Positions 56,240-64,000 of a DNA stretch of 64,000 bases are shown here, in pieces; position 1 is the stretch's first letter; the number at the start of each line of letters is the position of its first letter. Source of the stretch: an uncultured Chloroflexia bacterium (GTDB taxonomy: Bacteria; Chloroflexota; Limnocylindria; QHBO01); the NCBI GenBank assembly GCA_963825525.1, contig CAWGTN010000003.1:128001-192000 (forward strand). Reading direction: 5' to 3'. The position numbers were made by a program, and so were the translations under genes. The notes beneath the pieces are model-generated. The model was given only the letters and a program-made list of their open reading frames with translations. It had not been told where the DNA came from and searched no databases.

Positions 56240-59200
56240 CGCGCTCCGCCGACGGATCCTGAACGGCAGTCACGGTGCAATGGGGGTTGAGCGAGGGCAT
56301 CCTCGAGCTGGTCGAGATACGGGCGCGCGCCGAGGCGCTCCATGATGGCCCGGGTCTCATCGGCCACTCGCTGGCGCTCGGACGCATCGAGAACGCCGGA
56401 AACGATGGCGTCGAGACCGGTGAGCGCGACGAGCCAGGAGAGTTCGAGCTCCTGCCAGCGTCGCATCGACATCGATGTACTGCGCGCGGGCCTCCGACCG
56501 GCGACCTTCCACGGCCGCCAGCGACGCGGACATCCATGTCCGCTCGGCGTCCGTGCGACGCCCCTCTCGCCCGCCGGCGAACGCGTCGAGCATCTCGCGC
56601 AGGACGGCGGCGTCGCGCAGCCGCAGCGCGGCCCGCGCGCCGACCGGCGGCGCCGCTTCGGTGGCACCCTGGCTCGCGTGGCCGAGGGCGGTCCGGCACA
56701 GCGCGACGACCTCCGGATACCGGCCGGTCGCCATCATCTCAGCCCACTGGGCGAGGATGGCAATCCCCCGGTACTGTGCGTCGTCATAGCCGGCGGCCAG
56801 CGCGAGCGACCGCCGCGATCACATCCGCCGTCGGCTCGCCACGATTTGCGAGGATCTGGGCGTGGAGCGACCCGAACCAGAGTCGTTCGGCCGGTTCCTG
56901 CTCCTGTTCGAGCTCGTCTCGGAGCTGCTCGAGCGCCCAATCCCAGTGGCCGATGGCGATGGCCCCGTCGCAGGCATTGCCGACGAGGTAGCGGACGGCC
57001 CATCGTTGTCCCCAGCGACGGGCCTTCTCGACCCCTTCTCGGGAAATGCGGTGGACCGCCGCGGGATCCTCCGGCTCCAGGGAATAGCCCAGGTTCACGG
57101 TCGCGCGCAGGACCGAGTTCGGCAGGTTGAAGCGCTCGGCCATCGCCATGGCCCCGGTGAGCGTCGCCATCGACTCGATGGGACGGCCGATGTTGACGAG
57201 TGCCACGCCGCGCGTGATGAGCAGCTCAACGGTGAGCTCGTTCAGCCCGCGCGCTTCGGCGGCGGGGAGTGCCCGCTCGGCGAGCGCAACGGCCTCCGCC
57301 GGTCGGTTCATGCGCATTGCCAACGTGGCCTGGGCCGTGGCCAGGTGGACGTACCCCTCCGCGTCTGGCGTGAGACCCGGCTCGGCAAGCGCTTCGGTAA
57401 GGAGCCGATGTCCTCGTTCCTGGTGGCCCTCGACCAGGATCTGACCGAGGAAGCCGGTCGCGCGGCGCCGTGCTCCGTCCTGCTTGAGCGCGGTCGCCAG
57501 CTCGACGGCACGCTCGAGGAGCGCGATCGCATCGTCCAGCTTTCCGGCGTCGCTGGCGGCATCGGCCGCTTCCATGCGGAGCTCGAGCTCGTCAGCGGCG
57601 TCGACCGTGACCTCGAGCGCCGTCCGGAAGTAGGTGACTGCCCGGGCGTGCGAGCCGAGGGCTCGAGCGCGCGCAGCCGCGCCGCGAAGTGCGACGCGCG
57701 CCTGCGCCGCCACCGCCGCCCCTTCGTCTCCATCGGGCTGGGCTCGGTAGGCCTCGATGTAGTGCTGGGCCAGCACCCCTGCCAGCTCATCGTCGCCAAG
57801 GGTCTCGAAGTGACGGGCCGCCGCGAGGTGCCGCGAGCGGCGGTCGCGGCGAGCCAGTGTCCCGTAGGCGACCTCCTTGATCAGGCCCTGCACAAAGCGG
57901 TACTGGCCGCGCTCCGGCGACCGCGGGTCATCGTCCAGGACCACGAGCTCACGCTGGGCGAGATGTCGCAGCCGATCCTCGACCTCGGCCGCATCGGCGC
58001 TCGACATGGCGGCCAGTGCGTGGGCGTCGAACGATAGGCCGAGCACTGAGGCGTCCTGGAGCAGGCTGCGATCGGTGGCATCCAGGCCGTCAAGCCGCGC
58101 CGCGATGAGGGCATGCAGCGTCTCCGGCACCGCGAGCTCCGAGAGGTCACCAACCGGCTGGTACGCACCATCCGTCTGCTGCAGGCGACCGTCATTGAGC
58201 AGCATGCGGACGGTCTCGACCGCGTAGAGCGGAATTCCCTCAGCGCGCGAGACGATGGTGCCGACGGCCGACTCGGGCAGGCCGGGGACCAGCCCGGCCA
58301 GCAGGTCGGTCATCTCGGCGTCGCTGAGCGGCTCGATGCCGATCGAGGTGAAGGAACGTTGCCCGGCACCCCAGGTCGGACGCCGGTCGAGCAGCTCAGG
58401 GCGGGACAGGGTGATGACGTAGATCGGCCGGCCGCGGGACCAGGTCAGGAGGTCCTCGATGAAGTCGATGAGGCCCTCATCGGCCCATTGCAGGTCCTCG
58501 AACACGAGAACCACCGGTCCGCTCTCGGCGATGCGCTCGAAGAACGTCCGCCAGGCCGTGAACAGCTCGCCACGCTCCGTGTTCGAGCCCTCCTCGATGC
58601 CGAGCAGCTGGAGGAGGGGTCCCTGGAGCGATCGGCGCTCCTCGGCGTTGGGGACGAACTCGTCGAGCACGGCTGTCAGGCGCTCCCGGGTCGTGGCGTC
58701 GTCCGCGCCGTCGCCGATGCCGAGCCGCATGCGCACCATCTCGCTCAGCGCCCGGAACGTGATCCCCTCGCCGTAGGAGGGGGAGCGGCCCTGGTGCCAG
58801 TAGACCGTCTCGGTGACGCCGTCGATGTACTTGAGGAACTCCCACGCCAACCGGCTCTTGCCGATACCGGCCTGGCCGATGACGCTCACCAACCGCACGC
58901 CGCGCTCGCGCGCCGTGCCGTGGTAGAAGTCCTTGATGAGCTGGAGCTCGGCCGTTCGACCCACGAACGGGGCCTCGAGCTGCTCGCTGCGCCCGACACC
59001 GCCGCGCTGCGCCACGACGCGCACCGCCCGCCACGCAGCGACCGGCACTTCCTTGCCCTTGAGCAGGTGCTCACCGCCAGGCTCGTAGGCGATCGCCTCG
59101 CTGGAGGCCCGCCGGGTCGAGTCGCCCACGAGCACGGTCCCCGGCGCCGCCACCGACTGCAGCCTCGATGCGGTGTTCACGAGGTCGCCGGCCACCATCC

Positions 59201-59762
59201 CCATGTTGCTGGCGCCGATCGTGACGGCGGCCTCGCCGGTCAGCACGCCGGCGCGGAGCGCGAGCCCGGGCGCTTCGGCTCCCTCGCCGATGCGGCGAAC
59301 CGCCTCCACCAGGTCCAGCGCCGCCCTGACGGCGCGCTCGGCGTCATCCTCCTGGGCGACCGGCGTGCCCCACACCGCCATGACCGCGTCGCCGATGAAC
59401 TTCTCGATGGTGCCGCCATACCGTCCGATGATCTCGCGGCACGTCCCGAAGTAGCCGTCGAGGAGCTCGCGAACGTCCTCCGCGTCTCGCGACTCGGAGA
59501 TGGTGGTGAATCCGACGAGGTCGGCGAACAGGACGCTGACCAATCGGCGCTCGGCGATTGCCGGGGTCGGCCCGCTTGCCGGGGTGGCCTCTGGACCGTT
59601 CGCGGCGGTGGCGGACAGGGTCGTGCCGCACTCGCCACAGAACTTTCCGCCCGGGGGGTTGGCAGTGCCGCAGGTCGCGCAGGCAACGACCAAGCGAGTT
59701 CCGCACTCGACGCAGAACTTCTGACCCGTCTCGTTGTTCGTCCCGCAGGTCGCGCAGTTCAC
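56211..59762 (-). CDS. Double zinc ribbon + class III cyclase + STAND/AAA16 ATPase + TPR protein; 2-3 frameshifts at 56.2-56.8 kb
   Basis: Four Cxx[59 protein letters not shown]. The C-terminus continues in ORFs 56357-56737 and 56119-56667; the exact end is uncertain. Confidence 0.85.
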
Positions 59763-59881
59763 GTTGGCGTTGTCTCCAATCAGGGCGCAAAGTATCACCG
59801 GCCGGTTGCGCGCGGGTCAACGCGACGCGGATCCGCGATTCGGACAAGAATGCGCGCAGGCCGATGATTCCCGCGGGCGGA

Positions 59882-59896
59882 GTCGGTCATACCGAC
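59882..59896. promoter_or_regulatory. Inverted repeat GTCGGT-CAT-ACCGAC upstream of the MFS pump (TetR-like operator candidate)
   Basis: Perfect 6-bp arms ending 26 nt before the GTG start. Confidence 0.45.
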
Positions 59897-59922
59897 CGAG
59901 ATACCCGTTGACTGAGGACATC

Positions 59923-61585
59923 GTGACCGCTGAACCCCGCGCGTACGACCGCGCGCCCATCGAGCTTCCCCACCGCGTCCGCCTCGAGATCCTTGGCGCC
60001 GTGCTGCTCGGCATCTTCCTGGCCGCGCTCGACCAGACGATCGTCGGCACCGCCCTGCCGCGCATCGTCACCGACCTGGCGGGCAACGACCTCTACGTGT
60101 GGGCGTTCACGGCGTACCTGCTGACCGCCACCGTCTCCGGCCCGATCTACGGCAAGCTGTCCGACCTCTTCGGTCGGCGGCCGATCTTCCTCATCGGCGT
60201 CACGGTCTTCCTGACGGGTTCCGTGCTGTGCGGCATCAGCCAGGAGATGTGGCAGTTCCTCGCTGCACGCGGGATCCAGGGCCTCGGCGCAGGCGCGCTG
60301 TTCCCGATCGCGCTGGCGATCATCGGCGACATCTTCGCTCCCTCGGAGCGCGGCAAGTACCAGGGCTTCTTCGGGGCGGTGTTCGGCGTCAGCTCGCTCA
60401 TCGGCCCGGCCATCGGCGGCCTGATCACCGACAACTTCGGCTGGCACTGGATCTTCTTCGTCAACCTGCCGATCGGCCTTGTCGTGCTCTACGTCATCTT
60501 CCGAACGCTGCCGACGCGCCGCGAGGACGATGCCGATCGCCACATCGACTACCTGGGCGCCGCCCTCCTGGTCGGCGCACTGGTGCCGATCCTCATCGGC
60601 TTCACGAACAAGCAGTCCGGCGAATGGACCGATGCCGGGGTCGGCGGCCTCATCGCCCTTGGTCTCGTCCTGGCGGTGGCCTTCGTGTGGGCCGAGTCGC
60701 GGGCGCATGAGCCGATCGTCCCGCTCAGCCTGTTCCGGATGCGCACCTTCACGGCCAGCGTCATGGCCATGTTCCTGGCGGCCATGGGCTTCTTCGCCGC
60801 CATCGTCTTCCTGCCGCGCTGGTTCCAGGTGGTGGCCGGCGCCTCCGCCACCGAGTCCGGCTACCAGATCCTTCCGCTGCTGGGCGGGTCTGATCGTCTC
60901 CGCGGTGACCGCCGGCCAGCTCGTGGCGCGAACCGGGCGATACAAGACGCTCATCGTCAGCGCGCTCATCCTGCTGGCCGTCGGCCTGTTCCTCCTCACG
61001 AACATCCGGCCCGATACCGATCGCCCGCTCATCTGGCTGTGGATGGCACTGGCGGGGTTGGGGATCGGCCCGTCATTCGCGGTCTTCACGCTGGCGGTGC
61101 AGAACGCCGTGCCGATTCGGCAGCTGGGCACCGCGACCTCCAGCCTGACGCTCTTCCAGCAGGTCGGCGGGACCGTGGGGCTGGCGATCACCGGCACCCT
61201 GTTCGGCTCCACCCTGCTCGATGAGATCCCGAAGCAGCTCACCGCGGCCGGCGTGCCGCCGCAGTTCGCGGACCAGTTCGCGTCGGGCGACGCGGGGAGC
61301 TTCAACGACCTGACGAGCGTCGGCGACCTCGGGGCATCGATCCTGGCCGGCGTGCCCGAGGCATTCCGTGCCCAGGTGGAGCCGATGATCCCGGCGATCG
61401 TCAGTGGCATCCACACCGCGTTCTCGATCGCCACCGGCGCGACGTTCCTGGTCGGAATCGTGACGGCGCTGCTGGCGGCGCTCGTGGTGCTGGTCGTCAT
61501 GCCGGCCGGCAAGATGGGGGAGCACGTCGAGGACGAGGCAACCTACGCGGAGATTGATGCCGTGGCGGCCGGCCCCGCCGACTGA
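59923..61585 (+). CDS. DHA2 (EmrB/QacA) MFS efflux pump; +1 frameshift near 60890
   Basis: LAALDQTIVGTALP, GKLSDLFGRR, WIFFVNLP; continues as LIVSAVTAG...VQNAV in ORF 60479-61585. Confidence 0.9.
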
Positions 61586-61627
61586 ACGGTGGACGGCCGA
61601 TCTATCGGCGCGATGCACAATGCGACC

Positions 61628-64000
61628 GTGACCATCTCCGAAGAACGCCGCCTCGTCACGGTGCTGTTCGTCGACCTCGTCGGCTTCACGACCCGGGCCG
61701 AACAGACCGATCCCGAGGAGGTCCGCGAGGTCCAGCGTTCCTACTTCAGCGCCGTGGCCGCCGAGGTCGAGCGATACGGTGGCACCGTCGAGAAGTACAT
61801 CGGGGATGCCGTGATGGCCATCTACGGTGCACCCAAGGCCCACGATGACGACGCGGCACGCGCGCTCCACGCCGCCCTGGCCATCCGTGCCGCGGTGGCC
61901 GAGACGGGCCACGACCTCGAGATCCGGATCGGCGTCAACACCGGCGAGGTGGTGGGTGGTGCCGGATCCGGCCCGCAGGAGCACGAGTACACCGTGACCG
62001 GCGACGCGGTGAATGTTGCCGCCCGACTCCAGCAGGCCGCCGAGCCGGGGGAGATCTATGTCGGCTCCACCACCCGCCGGCTGGCGGCCGAAGCCTTCGA
62101 GTTCGCCACCTTGCCGCTCATGGAGCTCAAGGGCAAGGCCGAGCCGTTCGAGGTCTGGCGCCTGGTCGGTGGGGCGGCCGAACCCACCCTGGCGCGTGGC
62201 GGTGAGGCCCCGCTCGTCGGCAGAACCCGCGAGCTTCGCCTGCTGCTGGGCGCGCTCGAGGAGGCGGCCGAGGGCCACGGCCTTCTCGTCGGCCTGTCCG
62301 GCGAGGCCGGGATCGGGAAGTCGCGCCTGGCGCTCGAGGTTCGGGCCCGTGCCGAGGCCGATGGCTTCACGACCGCGTGGGCCGCTGCCCCGTCGTACTC
62401 GACATCCTTCCCGTACCACCTGCTCGGGCAGCTGGCGATCAGCATCGGCGTCGCGGAGGTCTCCGACGGCCCCGACCCCGGCCCCGATGCACGATCCGCT
62501 GTGGGCGGCCGCCCTGGCCGACCTGGCCGGCGCCGCCACCGACGCCCAGCGCCTGCTTCTCCGCGACGTGACCCCCGCACGGCGGCAACGGCTGCTGGTC
62601 CAGGCCATCGGCGCACGCATCACCGCCCGCGCGGAGGAGCGACCACAGCTCCTCATCCTGGACGACCTGCATTGGGCCGATGCCTCGAGCCTCGCGGTGC
62701 TCGACGAGCTCGTGGCCCTGGTCCCGGACCACCCGATCGCCGTGCTGGCGCTCTATCGGCCCGGATGGGAGAACCCGTGGGCGGGGCGTGGCTACTACCA
62801 GCAGGTGAACCTCGCCGCGTTGCGCGACACGGACGCGGAGGAGATGGTTCGCGCCCTCTCGCCCACCTCCCCGCTGAGCGATTCCCAGACGGCAGCCCTG
62901 CTGACGCGGTCCGGCGGCAACCCCTTCTTCCTGGAGGAGCTGCTGCGCAGCGGCGCCGCCGGCAACGGTGCGGCCGCCGGCCTTCCGGAGACGGTGCACG
63001 AGCTGCTCCTGGCACGCATCGATGCCCTGGGGCCCGAGGTGCGGGCCGTGCTGCAGACGGCGGCCGTCGCCGGCATCAGCTTCAGCGAGCGACTGCTCCA
63101 CGCGGTCGAGCCCGGCGCCGATCTCGAGGCGGCTCTCGGCGCCCTTCAGCGCGCCGATCTCGTGGTGGCCGCCGGCGGCAGCGGCGAGGATCGTTCGTTC
63201 GCGATGCGGCATCCGCTCGTCCACGAGGTCGCCTATCGGAGCCTGCTCATCGCCCGGCGTCGCGAGCTGCATCGGCGGATCGGTGCGTGGCTGGAAGAGC
63301 ACGTCGGAGACGACGCGCTGGCCGAGATCGCCGCGCACTACCGTGACGGCGACGAGCTGGATCGGGCGCGCGAGCTTCTCCCGCGGGCGGCGGAGCGGGC
63401 TGCCAGGCTGAACGCTCAGCTGGAGGCGGTGGACGCATATGTCCAGGCCGCCGATCTCCTGACCGATGACCCCGCGCGCCGCGCCCTGATGCTGGAGCGC
63501 GCATCGGCGCACAGCTTCCTTGCGGCTCGATTGCCGCGGGCGCTGGAGTTGGCGACCGAAGCCCACGACCTCTACGAGCGGGCGGGGGATCGACTCCACG
63601 CGCTCAACTGCCGTCGGTTGCTCGGCCGCTACTCGTGGCTCGACGGTCGGGGAGAGGATGCGGCGCGCGAGATCGACGCCGCGGTCGAGGGTCTCGAGGC
63701 GCTGGACCCGAGCCCGGAGCTGGCGCTCGCCTACTCGTACCGATCCCAGCTGGCGTTCCTCGCGCCCGACTACGAGCTCGGGCAGCAGATCGCGCGCAAG
63801 GCCATCGGCGTGGCCGAGGCGGTGGGGAGCGTCGAGGCCCTGGCGCACGCACTGAACAACCTCGGGATGTGCCGCGCCGGGCTGGGCGACCCCGGCGGCA
63901 TCGACGACGTTCGGCGCAGTCTCGCCATCTCGCTGGAGCACAACCTGGTGGATGACGCCAGCCGGGCGTACACCAACCTCAGCGGCCAGGGTGCGGCCAT
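61628..64000 (+). CDS. Class III cyclase + STAND/AAA16 ATPase + TPR protein; +1 frameshift near 62490; runs off the right edge
   Basis: [47 protein letters not shown]; after the shift LDDLHWAD, SGGNPFFLEEL, ARIDAL, HPLVHEVAY. Confidence 0.88.

Noticed and set aside
56119-56790. Separate small genes or programmed frameshifting at the 3' end of the cyclase-STAND gene
   Set aside because: The fragments join into one TPR-like tail after single-base removals, no slippery sequence is seen, and the same error pattern recurs across the window
1-64000. Prophage, IS element, tRNA/rRNA or compositionally foreign island
   Set aside because: No integrase, transposase, phage structural gene, cloverleaf or clear GC drop was seen by eye

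Overview
High-GC chromosomal region, densely coding (about 65 genes), with no rRNA, tRNA, CRISPR-Cas, prophage or transposase seen. Gene content (F420-type LLM enzymes, cyclase-STAND-TPR proteins, many leaderless genes) suggests a soil or freshwater Chloroflexota-like or actinobacterial genome; this is inference only. Main blocks: citrate synthase; a YciI/ECF42 sigma pair; an Xre/MbcA-RES toxin-antitoxin pair; a phenylacetate-like CoA catabolic set lacking paaZ (EthD, an Oah/BamA-like hydrolase with a zinc ribbon, paaF/G/H, and a distant paaJ and aldehyde dehydrogenase); a PuuR-like regulated polyamine oxidase and ABC operon with no ATPase gene; an OmpR/BaeS-like two-component system; a PQQ dehydrogenase-cupredoxin fusion; a TM0106 nuclease-helicase; two paralogous unknown lipoproteins; a SigG-like sigma; a MocR/EamA pair; several MFS pumps; and three class III nucleotide cyclases. 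The clearest unexplained signal is a family of four 64-65 bp elements bounded by 14-bp quasi-palindromes CTCGAT-NN-ATCG(A/C)G, arranged as identically spaced doublets at 25.6 kb and 36.0 kb. Candidate regulatory sites include four CTGAAG-N5-CTTCAG operators and ECF42- and SigG-type promoters. There are two probable CTG start codons. At least six +1 frameshifts are most likely long-read sequencing errors. All calls come from reading the sequence; no searches were run.
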